Both the position numbers and the translations under genes were made by a program. From NCBI GenBank assembly GCA_038087875.1, contig CM075994.1, positions 11,286,001-11,350,000 on the forward strand: 64,000 nucleotides of DNA, written 5' to 3'. The notes under the pieces are model-generated. The model was not told the origin of the DNA. It saw only the letters and a program-made list of their open reading frames with translations, and ran no database searches. Shown one piece after another: positions 34,391 through 47,947 of the stretch. Source of the stretch: Malacoraja senta. Its lineage: Eukaryota. How positions within the stretch are numbered: the stretch's first letter is position 1; each line of letters begins with the position of its first letter.

Positions 34391-36093
34391 TAATTTGCGA
34401 GGCACACATATATATCTGTAACATGTAATAGGATTTGTCGTGGTATACCTTTCCACAATTTCTTGGGATTTTGTTTCCCTATTTAGTTACCATGAACCAA
34501 TACTAAACCAAAGTGATATTTTTGAAATATAATGTACGGTCATTGAAATAGTATATTTGTTTCCATTTACTCATCCCATTTATGACGACAACTTAGTTTG
34601 AAGTCCATTGTCTATCATCAGAAACAGGAAATCGTTCAAGTCAGTATAATATGGTTTATTATAAACCGGGCGGAATTAAAGACAGACGGAATTTAAAAAT
34701 AACGTTTTGTGGCCTGACGGACGCCAAGGGTAACTGAAAATTTAAATGATGTTCCTTCCCACTGAGCTGATGTAAACTTTTAACAACGATATCATCCAAC
34801 CTTAAACACAGTTCCTCTTATTTTTGCCTTTCAATTCTGCACGTGCCTCTTATAATTTCATATAACTGTATCAGTTCGTCCCGGTTTTCCCATTTCTCGG
34901 CATCCCTTGCCGCAATGCATTTGCCTTCTTTACCCACAAGTATTTGCTTTCGCAAAATTCCTCACTTCTCATATCTCGGTATAAAATTCACGTGCAATGT
35001 TCCGTCAAGGTTTCTATCTGTTCGATATTCAGCTGCAGGCTCATGTAATTTACCTCGCGGTCCACAACACCCATGTTTTCCTGTCATCCTCAAATTCGCT
35101 AATCATATATGCAACATACGCACCGAATTAGCAATTATATGAAAAAAAAGCAAAGATCCATCACCGATCTAAAGTCCACCGGTGGCCGCATATTTTCTAA
35201 TGAGATAATAAATCTTCCACCACCACCCCGGGGCCTTATCACAAAAATGACAACATTGCATTGATCTCCCTGTGAATTAGACTACTGGCCTGCTCTACAT
35301 AGTGAGATCTTGACACTTGCCTCAATAAAATTCATTTAGGCATTGTTCACTGCCTTCATCCATATTGTTAAATGCCGCAATATTTGTGAAGTGTTCCCAC
35401 GCACAATTACGTGCTGACTATACCTGATGAGACATTGATTCAGATTTAACGCTCCTTGGACCATAAGACTTTCAGACATTGGAGCACAATTAAGTTATTC
35501 GACCCGTCGACTCTGCCAGTCGATCATGGCGAATTTTCTTTCCTTCTCAACCGCATTCTCCTTCATTCTCTCGGTAGCTTTGGACGTCCTTACTGATCAA
35601 GGGCATTTATAATCAGTTATCGGTTTATAAAGTACCATATGTTCTGACCTCTACAGCCATTTGTGGCAAAGACTTTCAAATATGCACCGCGTTCTGGCTA
35701 ATCAATCTCCTCTTTTGACCACTATAATCCTTATTCATTCAATGAGTTCTAAGTGCACTTCATACCTTGATATGATCCATAATAGGTAAATAATCTTTTG
35801 TTACCCTGCTACAACATCATTAAATGTTTGCACAGTTGCCGGAAAGGAAAGTGCAAATTACTGTGATGGAATAAAAGAAAAACGTGGAAGCTAAAACCTT
35901 ATATATTTCTCCACCGGAACGTTGACTGTTGCTCGTCCCACAGTTAATGGTTCTCCAGCATTTACTGTTTCCAATCCAGATCAGCACATTTGTTACTTGA
36001 TCATCACCGTACTATCTGAATGAAGGTGGCAATTGTATAGTTTAACAACCTGCGACTCCTAAACTAGTATGAAGCAAAGAATAGGTTGTGTAA

Positions 36094-36330
36094 ACAGGCC
36101 CGTACGAAGCTTTACAAATCCTGGCATGACAGGATTACAAAAAAATTAATGTGAAATAATGTGTGCGCTGCGCACATCACGAGCGCGAAGCGTGAAGTCC
36201 CTCGAAGCCAGGGTCCAAGGCCCGCTTAAGGGCCCAGGAAGCTCAGGGGTGTTAGATGCTCTCTGATGCATCCTGAGCCTTATTTTGGAGCATTTATGCA
36301 GCAAATCTATGACCAATATTTCAGAAATTT
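36094..36330. mobile_element. Probable non-autonomous DNA transposon fragment
   Basis: Begins caggcccgtacg; CpG-rich core cgagcgcgaagcgtgaagtccc..ggcccgcttaagggccc; paralogue at 62974-63215; family not determined. Confidence 0.4.
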
Positions 36331-39230
36331 ACAGGAATCTGAGAGGTAGCCTTTACTCACAAAGGGTGGTGGGTGTATGGAACGAGCTGCCAGAGGAGGT
36401 AGTTAAGGCTGGGACTATCCTAATGTTTAAGAGACATTTGGACACGTACATGGATAGGACAGGTTTAGATGGATATAGGCCAAAAGCTTGTGAGTGGGTC
36501 TAGTGTAGATGGGACATGTTGGTCGGTGTGGGCAAGTTAGGCTGAAGGGCCTGTTTCCACACTGCACCACTCTATGACTAAAAAGTTAAGGAACAAAATG
36601 CATGTAGATAAGTAGAGCAGATTTGAAAGAGGAGTGAAATGTAAAGGCAGAGAGAGGTTTATGGGTGGAAAGGAACATAGGAAAGGAGGGGGAGGGTGGA
36701 CTTGGGCAGATGGGTAAAGGGAAAATAGACACAAAGTGCTGGAGTAACTCAGTGGGTCAGGCTGCATCTGTGGAGAACATGGATAGGTGATGTTTCATGG
36801 AGTGCTGGAGTAACTCAGCGGTTCAGGCAGCATATCTGGAGAACATGAATAGGTGACATGTCAGAGTGCTGGAATAACTCAGTGGGTCAGGCAGAATCTC
36901 TGGGAAAAGGTTTAGATTATATTTCGAGTCAAGCCCCTTCTTCAGTAATATGCATGATGTGACATGCATAGACATTCCTGCATGTTACCCAAACCATCGT
37001 GAACTACTTTCTGACGGTGCTTGCCCTTTCCTACAACGTCTCTGCTGCCTTGGGTGATGCAGGACAGGACACGAGCTTTGGGACATGGTGTGAAGCTGTT
37101 GCAGTCTGTCCCAGCCTGGTAAAAGCCAGGATGGAGTGGATGTGGAGAGGATGTTTCCACGAGTGGGAGAGTCTAGGACCAGTGGCCACAGCCTCAGAAT
37201 TAAAAGACGTTCCTTTAGGAAGGATATGGGCAGAGGGTGGTGAACTGTGGAATTCATTGCCACAGACAGCTGTGGAGGCAAGTGGACATTTTTTAGAAGG
37301 AGATTGATAGATTCGTGATTGATACGGGTGTCAGAGGTAATGGGGAGGGCAGGAGAATGGGTTTGAGAGGGAAAGATATATAGTCATAGAGTGATACAGT
37401 GTGGAAACAGGCACTTCGGTCCAGCATGTCCCATCTACACTAGTCCCACCTGCCCACGTTTGATCCATATCCCTCCAAACCTGTCCTATCCATGCACCTG
37501 CCTAACTGTTTCTTAAATGTTGCGGTAGTCCCTGCCTCAATTACCTCATCTGGCAGCTTGTTCCATACACCTACCACCCTTTGTGTGAAAAATATACCCC
37601 TCAGATTCCTATTAAATCTTTTCCCCTTCATCTTGAACTTATATCCTCTGCTCCTCGATTCACCTACTCTGGGCAAAAGACTCAAGAGAGTTCAAGAGAG
37701 TTTTATTGTCATGTGTCCCTGATAGGACAATGAAATGCTTGCTTTGCTTTAGCACACCAGAACATAGTAGGCACGAATACTGAACAGATCAGTGTGTCCA
37801 TATACAATTGCATAAATATATACACACATGAATAATTAAACTGATAAAGTGCAAATAAACAGATTATTGGCTATTAATGTTCAGAGTTTTGTCCGAGCCG
37901 AGTTTAACAGCCTGATGGCTGTGGGGAAGTAGCTGTTCCTGAACCTGGTCGTTGCAGTCTTCAGGCTCCTGTACCTTCTACCTGAAGGCAGTGGGGAGAT
38001 GAGTGTATGGCCCGGACCTGATCTATTTAAATAATGATTTTAAACACCTCTATTAGATCATCCCTCATCCTCCTGTGCTCCATTAAATAGATGTATGGAG
38101 TCAACCTGATCTATTCAAATCATGATTTTATACACCTCTATTAGATCATCGCTCATCCTCCTGTGCTCCATGAAATAGAGTCCCAGCCTACTCACCCTCT
38201 CCCTATAGCTCTGGCCCTCTAGTCCTTGCAACATCCTCGTAAATCTTCACTGTACCCTTTCCAGTTTGATTACATAATTCCTATAAAATGGTGCCCAGAA
38301 CTGAACACAATACTCTGCGGCCTCACCAACTTCTTATCCAAATGCAACATGACCTCCAACTTCTATACTCAGCCTGACCCGCTGAGTTACTCCAGCACTC
38401 TGCGAAACATCACAGAACAGGGCAAGATTAACAAGTTTGCTGATGATACAGAAGTGAGTGGTTTTGCAGTTAGTGGATGTGGTTGTGAAAGATTGCAGCA
38501 GGATCTGGATCAATTAGCCAGGTGGGCAGAGGAATGGTTGATGGTTGCATGGTTCCTTGAAGGTCGAGTCGCAGGTACATCAGGTGGTCAAAAAGTATTT
38601 TGGCACTTTGGCCTTCATCAGTCAGAGTATTGAGTAAAGAGGTTGGGAGATCATGTTGCAGTTGTATAAGACGTTCGTGAGACCGCATTTAGAATATTGT
38701 GTTCAGTTCTGGGCACGATGTTATAGGGAAGATGTCAAAGTGGAAGGAGTACAGAGACGATTTATGAGGATGTTGCCAGGACGAGATGGTGTGAGCTATC
38801 GGGAGAGTTTGAGTAAGTTGGGACTCTATTCCATGGAGCGCAGGAGGATGAGGGGAAATCTTATAGAGGTGTACAAAATCATTAGAGGAATAGTTCGGGT
38901 AGATGCACAGTCTTTTGCCCAGAATAGGGGAATCGAGGACCAGAGAACATAGGTTCAAGGTAAAGGGGTAAATATTTAATAGGAATCCGAAGGGTAACTT
39001 TTTCACACAAAGGGTGGTGGGTGTGTGGAACGAGCTGCCAGAGGAGGTAGTTGAGGTTGGGACTATCCCATCGTTTAAGAAACAGTTAGGCAGGTACATG
39101 GATAGGACAGGTTTGGAGGGATATGACCAAACGCAGGCAAGTGGAATTAGTGTAGTTGGGACATTGTTAGCCGGTGTGGGCAAGATGGGCCAAAGGGCCT
39201 GTTTCCACACTGTGTCACTCTATGACTATC
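36330..39230. mobile_element. Patchwork of CR1 3' fragments (+ 36330-36580, + 37125-37380, - 37380-37685, - 38017-38370, + 38420-39225), Penelope-type tandem repeats (36725-36945) and a Rex1-like 3' tail (- 37685-38015)
   Basis: Repeated FFTQRVVGVWNELPEEVVEAG, RPHLEYCVQFW and KFADDT motifs and gggccgaagggcctgtttcc 3' UTRs. Confidence 0.8.
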
Positions 39231-39259
39231 CATGTTCTCCAGAGATGCTGCCTGACCCA

Positions 39260-40700
39260 TTGTGGCAGATTGTGCTTCCTCAGCTGCCGTAGGAAGAACA
39301 TCCTCTGTTGTGCCTTTTTGACTGCGGAGTCAAAGGTAGCCCCCCACTTAATGTCATTGGAGATGATGGTTCCCAGCAACTTAAAAGACTCCACAGATGT
39401 GACTGTGGTGTTGTTGAGGGTGAGTTGGGGCGAGGGGAGGGCAAGCTCTCCTAAAGTCTGCAATCAATTCCACTGTCTTAAGAGCATTGAGCTCCAGGTT
39501 GTTGCTACGGCACTAGGACGCCAGCTGTGACACTTCCTGTCTTTAAGCAGATTCCTCCCCATCCTGGATCAGTCCCATCAGGGTTGTGTCGTCCGCAAAC
39601 TTGATAAGCTTGACAGATGTGTCTGTGGTGATACAGTCATTGGTGTAGAGAGAGTAGAGGAGAGGGTGGAGTACGCAGCCTTGCGGTGCTCCTATGCTGA
39701 GCGTTTGCGGGTCCGATATGTGCTTTCCCAGCCTCACACGCTGCTTCCTGTCTGTCAGAAAGTTGGTGATCCACCGACAGAGGGGTTCAGGCACAGTCAA
39801 CTCGGAAAGTTTGGAGTGTAGTAGCTCTGGCACAATGCAGAGCTAATATCAACAAATAAAATCCTCGCAAAGGTCCCCTGGCGTTCTAGGTGCTGGAGGA
39901 TGAAGTGCAGGCCCAGATTGACTGCGTCATCCACAGATCTATTGGGCCAATATGCAAACTGCAGGGGGATTGTGATATTTTTCAGCTTGGCCAGCACAAG
40001 CCTTTCGAGTGTCTTCATGACTACAGAGGTCAGTGCGACAGGCCTGTAGTCATTAAGACAAGTAATCCTTGCCTTTTTGGGTACAGGGACAATAGTGGGG
40101 ACTTTGAAACAGGCAGGGACAGTACATGTTTGCAGGGACTGGTAAAAATTGTCTGTGAGATTTCCGGCTTTTCTGTCTTCTGAAAAGCCTCTCCACCTCC
40201 TCTATTTTTATTGTTGATGAAGTGATGTTGTTCAGCAAGGAGGGAGTGGGTAATTGGGTGTGAAGTCGTGATTGGAGTGGGGTGGGTGTAGAAGGGTCCA
40301 GTCTTTGCAGACTGAGGTCAGGCTGTGAGTGGGTGTGAAGTGTTGGTTGGGGTGGGAAAGGGTCCAGTCTTTTCATACTGGAGTCTTGCCTTATGTAGGT
40401 GTGAAGTGGTGAATGGGAAGGAGAGGGTGCAGGGTCCATTCTTTGCAGACTGGGGTCTGGCTGTGTTTGTTGGGGAGGGGGTACCAGGGTTACGTTTCTG
40501 ATTTTCAAACCTGCAGTAAAATTCATTCAGTTCGTTGGTCAGCTGACGATTATCCAAAGAGCGGGTGGCTTTCCTCTAATAGCTGGTGATTTCTTGCATG
40601 CCCTTCCAAACTGAAGAAGAGTCACTGGCTGAGAACTTGCACCTCAACTTCTCAGAGTACCTTTTCTTGGCAGCTCTGATTCCTCTTCTCAGCTCTTTAT
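39260..40700 (-). mobile_element. Rex1/Babar-clade LINE fragment, decayed RT
   Basis: [65 protein letters not shown]; three ~70 bp degenerate repeats in the linker at 40255-40480. Confidence 0.85.
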
Positions 40701-40784
40701 CGATTAGGCTATCTTTTAACTTTAACGATTAGGCTATCGCCTTGACGCATATTTGCTTTCTCCTTTCTCCCTCCCACGCAACGT

Positions 40785-41050
40785 TGGAAGGCCCGCGGCG
40801 GCGGAGGGGGGGGAGAGGCGAGGGTCCGCGGCGGAGGGGGGGAGAGACGAGGGTCCGCAGCGGGGGGGGGGACAGGCGAGGCTCCGGGTGAGGCGGAAGG
40901 AGAGGCGAGGGTCCGCGTGAGGGGGAGAGGCGAGTGTCCGCGGGGGGGGGGAGAGGCGAGTGTTCGCGGCGGGGGGGGGGGTGAGAGGCGAGGGTCCGCG
41001 GCTGGGGAGAGGCGACGATCCGTGACGGGGGTGGGGGGTGACGTGGGCGG
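40785..41050 (+). repeat. G-rich minisatellite, unit ~GGGGGGGAGAGGCGAGGGTCCGCGGCG, about 8 copies
   Basis: Direct reading of tandem units with variable G-runs. Confidence 0.9.
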
Positions 41051-41434
41051 CAGATGGCGTGTGCCCGGTGTCTATTGTTGCGGGCTATATTTTCTTTCAC
41101 TGCGAGTTTTAAGTTACTGCCTCTGATGATTCTACTGTTGACCGGAAGGTGTCTGGTTGTCGGATTATTACAGGGAACAAACAGAACAATAGAAAGAAAA
41201 TTGTATTCAAATGACGCATTGTCATATATGCAATCATCTGGTTTTTTTTTTATTATCCGTGAACATCTTATTCATTAAGAAGTTTCGGTTCGCTCTAATG
41301 TACAATGATATATATTTTCATTATAATAACTGCAAAGGTCCGTTTCATGTGGTTATGGCGGTAGATATTTTATCTCACAAAAGTTTACGTATCGACATGA
41401 ATCAATCTTGATTGAAAGGTTGGATTAAAGGTTC

Positions 41435-41760
41435 GGACGGTCACGGTTGGTCTGCGACAGAGTTGCTGCCTTACAGCGAATGCAGCGCCGGGGACCCGGG
41501 TTCGATCCCGACTAAGGGCGCTGTTTGTACGGAGTTTGTACGTTCTCTCCGTGACCTGCGTGGGTTTTCTCCGATTTATTCGAGTTTCCTCCCACACTCC
41601 AAAGACGTACAGGTTTGTAGGTTAATTGGCTTGGAAAATGTGTTTTTTTTAAATTGTCCCTTGTCAGTGTAGGATCGTGTTCATGTGCGGGGATCGCTAG
41701 TTGGCACGGACCCGGCGGGCCGAAGGGCCCGTTTCCGCGCTCTTTCTCTAAAACTAAACT
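41435..41760 (+). mobile_element. tRNA-derived SINE (V-SINE / elasmobranch HE1-like)
   Basis: B-box GGTTCGATCCC; core ggagtttgtacgttctc..cctgcgtgggtttt..tttcctcccaca.tccaaagacgt; CR1-like 3' tail gggccgaagggcccgtttcc. Confidence 0.85.
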
Positions 41761-42029
41761 GTACAAATTAAAAAAATAATCTCTATTTCAATAACACACA
41801 CCATTCGCTTCATGTATTATTATGCAAAATTATGATTATTACTCTGGGGCAATGCAAGAAGGTATTTTGAGAGAAATGCCACATGCGTTTCTTGCAGACG
41901 ATAATTGTTATTTCGTATAAAGGTATTAAATATCGAAATGATTGTTCAAAATTGAATATATTTCCAAGGGAAGGATCATTGTAAAAAATGTTAGCATACG
42001 TTCTGAAATCTGTAACATAATGTTTGCAG

Positions 42030-43060
42030 CAAGGAGAAAGGAAAAGTTGTGCTTATGATGGACGTCCTCTTTCTTGAGTAACCGTAGTTTCCCCGCTGCT
42101 ATGATGGGTGCATCATCACCCACATCTACTCTGGGTCTTGCAGTTCTGCTCTCGCTCCCCTTGCCTTCGCACGGAACTACAAAATGGTTCCCCAGGTCCT
42201 TAAATTTCAGCCACCTGCCTCCTTATCCAACACATTATTCTCCATATCTACCCCACACATCTTCCCATCCCCACTACCTCTCGGCTTCCATAAAGACCGC
42301 TCTCCCTTATCCGTTTGCAGCCTAACCAGGTACCATCCCCTACAGCACAGGAGATGTAACACCTGCCATCATGCCTTACATCCGTCCAATGCCACCAGTA
42401 GTCGTTCTACGTGAGAGAGAGGTTCGCATGCACCTCCACTGACGTCATCTGCTGTTTTTGGTGCGCCCGATGTGGACGCTTTACTTCGGCAAGACCAAGC
42501 GTTGACGAGGCGACCATCTCACCGAATACTTGCTCTCGGTCGGGGAGGTGGTACACCATATTCCGGTTATTAAACATTAAAACTCGATTACCCATTCCCA
42601 CATGCATTCGTGTATTTGGCCTCCTTCATTGTTAGAGTAATGCCACACGTAAGTGTTGGAACACCATCTCATATTCCGCTTGAATATTTTACAAATTAAT
42701 GGTATGAGCACTGAACCCTTCAATATTTGGTAACTAACCGAAACTACTACTCCCCCCTTCGACCCCCACCCTCTACCCCCCCCCCCCCATGCAATTCGCC
42801 CCAACAGCCTTCGCACTCGTGTCTCCCTTCCCTCTATCCACGTGAAACCATCCGCCGATCAACCCCCTTCACCTATCCACCTACCATGCCAGACTTTGTC
42901 CCAATCTCAACTCTCTTCCATCTATCTACACAGGAACAAGCACAATCAGTGTGAAGAATTCCCTGACCAGAAGATTTAACGAACCATGTTCTCCAAAGGT
43001 ACTGTACGACGCCGTAAATTACACCAGCAATTTGTGTCTACAATATCTGCAGTTTCTTGT
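42030..43060 (+). mobile_element. Decayed Penelope-like element (GIY-YIG endonuclease region and terminal repeat)
   Basis: RERFACTSTDVICCFWCARCG..(frameshift)YFGKTKR..GDHLTEYL matches the Penelope GIY-YIG pattern; upstream RRCNTC. Confidence 0.75.
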
Positions 43061-43293
43061 GTCTTCATATGTGTGAACGTATTGGATTGGTTGTTAGCCC
43101 GCGTTAAACGAATCCAGATATAGCACCACCTTCCCTGATGATTTTCAACGTACACGACAATTGATATTCCCCTTTTTTCATCCCCCGTCTCTCTCGGGTA
43201 AGAGGATTGTTGCACCCCGATTTCCACAGTAATCTTGAACGTACCTCACAGCTTTCTATATATTCCCCCAATTAATTACGCTCTGTCACATTT

Positions 43294-43717
43294 GACATGA
43301 TAGAGGTCTTTAAAATTAAGAGCGGGTTAGACAGAGTGGACGTGGATAAGCTTTTCCCATTGAGAGTAGGGAAGATTCAAACAAGGGGACATGACTTGAG
43401 AATTAAGGGACAGAAGTTTAGGGGGAACATTAGGGGGAACTTCTTTACTCAGAGAGTGGTAGCTGTGTGGAATGAGCTTCCAGTGGAAGTGGTGGAGGCA
43501 GGTTCGATGTTATCCTTTAAAAATAGATTGGATGGGTATATGGACGGGAAAGGAATGGAGGGTTATGGTCTGAGTGCAGGTAGATGGGACTAGGAGGAAG
43601 TATTTATTTTTAATTAAAAAAAATAAAAATAAAAATGTTCGGCACGGACTTGAAGGGCCGAGATGGCCTGTTTCTGTGCTGTTATGGTTATATGGTTATA
43701 TGGTTATATGGTTATAT
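43294..43717 (+). mobile_element. CR1 3' fragment with (TATGGTTA)n tail
   Basis: MIEVFKI..TRGHDLRI..FFTQRVVAVWNELP then 3' UTR and an 8-bp tandem tail. Confidence 0.85.
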
Positions 43718-43834
43718 ATCTGATGACGATCATCTGCATCATATTTTTCACCGTATGACGACTCCCACCGCCTCCACACCAACTATCGATCACCCTGGCA
43801 AACTTGGTCTGTGTAGTCCCACTTTGTCCATTCA

Positions 43835-44030
43835 GATGCTACAAACAAGAGGCAACTTACAGATGCCAATTAACCTACCAACTTGAAAGTCTTTGTGATG
43901 TGGGAAGAAGTCGGAGCATCCAGTGGAAACTGCAGTACATTGAGGATGTGCAAATTCCAGACAGATATCATCCGAGGTGAATGTCAAACTTGGGTCAAGA
44001 GCTCGGTGAGGCAGCAACTCTCTTCCGCCC
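43835..44030 (-). mobile_element. Old V-SINE-like copy
   Basis: Reverse complement resembles 41450-41660 (gttgctgcctcac..gtttgcac..ttcccaca..aaagac..gtaggttaattggc). Confidence 0.6.
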
Positions 44031-44870
44031 ATTACTCAGCTCATCCACTCTGCGCAAAATACTGAATGTCGCATAGTCATATTGGAACGAGCCAGGCTAT
44101 GTAAATATCCATCTCCTTTTTCATTCTCTATACATTTACAGTATCGACAGGTTTTGCCAGGCTTTCCAAAGATGTCTGGAGTTCCCTTTCAATTTGAACG
44201 TACTGCGGGCATATTAAGGTGACATCTCGCCATACACCATTAATTACATTTCCTCGTTCCCTTTTCCATATTCATTTCCACCTGCTTCTATCTCCAATCA
44301 GCACCCTCAACATCCGATACCAATACCACGTCCGTCCGTGAGTCTCCCCTGCTCCTCATTTTACCATAAGCTCTCTCCGCTTAGTAGATTCGGTCATTGA
44401 GTCCACTATGGAACTGCAAATATGCAGACGTTCCAATGAGATTTCATTGACCTGAAACGCTTTCTCTGATGCACTCTCCTCGGATATTGCATGACATGCG
44501 AGTATTCTCAGTGGTTTCCATTTTCGCTCAAGAACCAGTGTTCCCACTGAACTTTGGACGAACATGTCCACTTCCCAAACCCCCGCTCTCCAACGCGCAC
44601 ACAAACGGACTAACACATCTTAAGTTGGTGTGAAAAATACTTTGTGTTAAAATAAACAAACATTTTCTGAAATATTTATTTCAAGTAAAACAAATTGCGA
44701 AATAGTGCCTGTGATTTGGATATGCTTTTTCGGGATACGAATATATATGGTAGCGATGTAAACAGGAAAAACGCGAATATATTACCCATTACAAATTTAG
44801 GTCTGTGCATCGTAAATTAAAATTCCAGTTGAATGTGCATATGTCCCCTGAGTTTATCAAGCTGTGTCTT

Positions 44871-45764
44871 TTACTTCAATAATTTAGAAAGTAAAACAAG
44901 AGGCCGTTTAATAATTTACTTCATTTCATCTCTGCCGTTTCGTTGAGACGCAGCATAAATGAATGTGTTTGGACAACGGCTTAAAACTCTTAACTGGAAT
45001 CCAGTTTCTTCTGCAACGGCGAATGGGTCTCTGTAATCAGATTTCATCAGTTGATTATCGGTAAAATGTAGAGCAACAAAGCAAGCAAAATTTACCGTCC
45101 ACAATAGAAGGAAACTACCAGATATCGCGAGTAGTAAAATGAGCGATTCTCAATTTCTTGATCCATCCGGTACTTCTCAATTTCGTTTCCCCGTAGTTTG
45201 TTTCTGATTCTGTTCGCCCGTATAATATGACTTATTGTTAAGGCGTCGAACAGGAAGATCCACACAAATGGTAGAAATGGTGTGAAGACGGTCTCTAACT
45301 ATAAGAATGCAGCCCAGATAGGTAAATTATAGAAGCTTGATTTTGCAGTGCAGTACCAGGGCACATTGTCAATTACTTCACGTGGTTCAAGTAAGAAGAA
45401 AACCGGCATATTTTCAACAATGCATAATAAACAAACGATCGTTATAACCGTTGTTGAATTTTTTTCAGTGCAGTACTTAGTTTTTAACGACTGACAACAA
45501 ATAGAGACAAATCGATCAAAGGTAAACGACACAGTCAACCAAACGGAACAATCAATAACAATATAAATCAAGGTCATATTGAGACGGCAGATTCGAGTGT
45601 AATCTAGGATTGAACGTGGAAAAACGCATCATTAATCTAAAAAAGTATTGGACCAAATATCAGATGCGATAGGTTAGCTGCCGCCATCCATACTAGATAT
45701 CGGGTGTTGCATATGGAGAGCCCACACTTTCCGGTGGACAGGATGGAGATTGTCAATATATTAG
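44871..45764 (-). pseudogene. GPR139/GPR142-like GPCR pseudogene, exon 2 only
   Basis: Acceptor ttctttgcag|CT AAT; ANILTISILSTGKCGL, DCSVWLTVSFTFDRFVSICCQSL, EPREVIDNVPWYC, NTFIYAASQR; stops at 45637, 45299 and 44916, a frameshift near 45620 and a deletion near 45145; no exon 1 found. Confidence 0.9.
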
Positions 45765-46254
45765 CTGCAAAGAATAAAGGGAATTGCATTAAAACGTATC
45801 TTGGTACCATGGTCAGCCGGATCTTCCAAGGAGATTGAGATCTTCGTAGCATGATGTGAATGCAACAGCCTCTTCCCTCGTGTCTGAAAGACGAAAGAGC
45901 TAGGAATTGGACTTAAGAAGAGGTGGAGTGCATGAATCAATCTGCATCAATAGTGCTGAGTTAGAAACTAGGTAGACAGGCAGATGTGTGAGAAGAGAGC
46001 ACGGGAATGAGAATCACATGAAATTGCAAAAGTCATCATTCGGTCCACTATCTCACAAGGTATCACTTGAAAAACCATAATTCAATCCGATGCAGAAATA
46101 CTAAAACATTGACGATTTGTTAACGATGGTACAAAATTAACGATTCACATGTGTGCGAGTGCATTGGATCGCAGTAATTACAAACGGAACATTCGAGTAT
46201 TTATAAATTGTAATTATAAATTCAACTGAACATTCAAGGGTAGACGTCTTATCG

Positions 46255-47947
46255 AAGACAGACCGGTGCACAGAGTGGGTGTGGTAGCTCTGTTGGTGAG
46301 AAATGTAATTCAGTTCCTTGCGAGGGGTGACATAGATTCAGGAGATGTGTCAGTATGGATAGATCTGAGTAATTGTAAGGGTAAAACGACCCTAATGGGA
46401 GTTAACAACAGGCCCCCAAACAGTAGCCTGGATATAGGGTGCAAGTTGAATCAAGAGTTAAAATTGGCATGTCATAAGGATAATGCTACGGTTGTTATTT
46501 GAGATTTCAACATGAGGTAGACTGGGAAAATCAGGTTGGTACTGGACCCCAAGAAAGAGAGTTTGAGGAGTGCCTCCGTGATGATTTATTAGAGCAGCTT
46601 GTATTGGAGCCTACCAGGGAGAAGGCAATCTTCGATTTAGTGTTGTGTAATGAACCGGGTTTGATAAGGGAACTCGAGGTAATGGAGACATTACGAGGAA
46701 GTGAGGAAAATATGATAAGTTTTGATCTACAATTTGAGAGGGAGAAGGGTAAATCGGAGGTGTCAGTATTATAGTTGAACAAATGGGACTATGGTGCCAT
46801 TAGGGAGGAGCTGGCCAAAGTTGACTGGAAAGATACCCTAGTAGGGATGGGAGTGGACCAAAAATGATAGGTATTTCTGGGAATAATACAGAAGGTGTAC
46901 AGAAGGTTCATTCCAAAGAGGAAGACAGATTCTAAGGGGAGTAAAGGGGGCCGTGGCTGACAAGTGAAGTCAGGGACCGTATAAAAATAAAAGAGAAACA
47001 TTATAACATAGCATAGATGAGCGGGAAGCCAGAGAATTGGGAAACTTTTAAAGAGCAACAGAATATAACTAAAAAGGCAATACGGGAAGAAAATATGAGG
47101 TATGCGGATAAGCTAGCTACGAATATAAAGGAGGATAGTAAAAACTTCCTTAGGTATGTGAAGAGGAAAAAAATAGTTAAGACCAAATTTGGAGAATTGA
47201 AGACTGAAAATGGTGAATTTATTATGGGGAACAAGGAAATGGTAGACGAGTTAAACAGGTACTATGGAACTGCCTTCACTAAGGAGGACACAAACAATCC
47301 CCCTGGTGTACTAGTGGCCATAGGATCTAGGGTGATGGAGGATCCCCAGGGCGTGATGGTCTGCATCCCAGGGTACTCAAACAGGTGGCGCTGGAAATCG
47401 TGGATACATTGGTAATAATTTTCCAATGTTCTATAGACTCAGGATCAGTTCACGTGGATTAGAGTGTAGCTAATGTTATCCCACTTTAAAAAAAAAAGCG
47501 GGAAAGAGAAAACATGAAATTATAGACCAGTTAGCCTGACATCGGTGGTGCGGAAGATACTGGAGTCAATTGCAAAAGATCAAATAGCGGCACCCTTGGA
47601 TAGCAGTAGCAGGATCGGTCCGAGTCAGCATGGATTTATGAAGGGGAAATCATAGTTGACTAAATGTATGGAATTTTTTGAGGATGTAACTTGGAAAATG
47701 GACAAGAGAAAGCCAGTGGATGTAGTGTACTTGGACTTTCAGAAAGCATTTGATAAGGTCCCTCATAGGAGATTAGAGGACAAAATTAGGGCACATGGTA
47801 TTGGGGTAAGGAACTGACATGGATAGAAAATTGGTTGGCAGACAGGAAACAAAGAGTAGCGATTAACGGGTCCCTTTGAGAATGACAGGCAGTGACTAGT
47901 GGGGTACCGCAAGGGTCTGTGCTGGGACCGCAGCTATTTACAATAAA
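46255..47947 (+). mobile_element. CR1 LINE 5' segment (duplicate of 17555-19312)
   Basis: Near-identical sequence and the same Helitron interruption point. Confidence 0.9.

Larger units (their letters stand above)
17104..37113 (+). repeat. Segmental duplication, copy 1
   Basis: Colinear and roughly 95% identical by eye to 45806-64000 across unique and repeat DNA, apart from copy-specific insertions and deletions. Confidence 0.95.

Noticed and set aside
36725..36905. Three ~60-bp direct repeats superficially like a CRISPR array (also 63610-63790)
   Set aside because: Eukaryotic context, no unique spacers, no cas genes; the unit is the Penelope-type repeat
38017..38180. ~87-bp tandem duplication in a CR1 fragment
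   Set aside because: Local duplication in dead repeat DNA with no sign of function
41470..41515. tRNA-like B-box
   Set aside because: Head of a SINE; no complete cloverleaf
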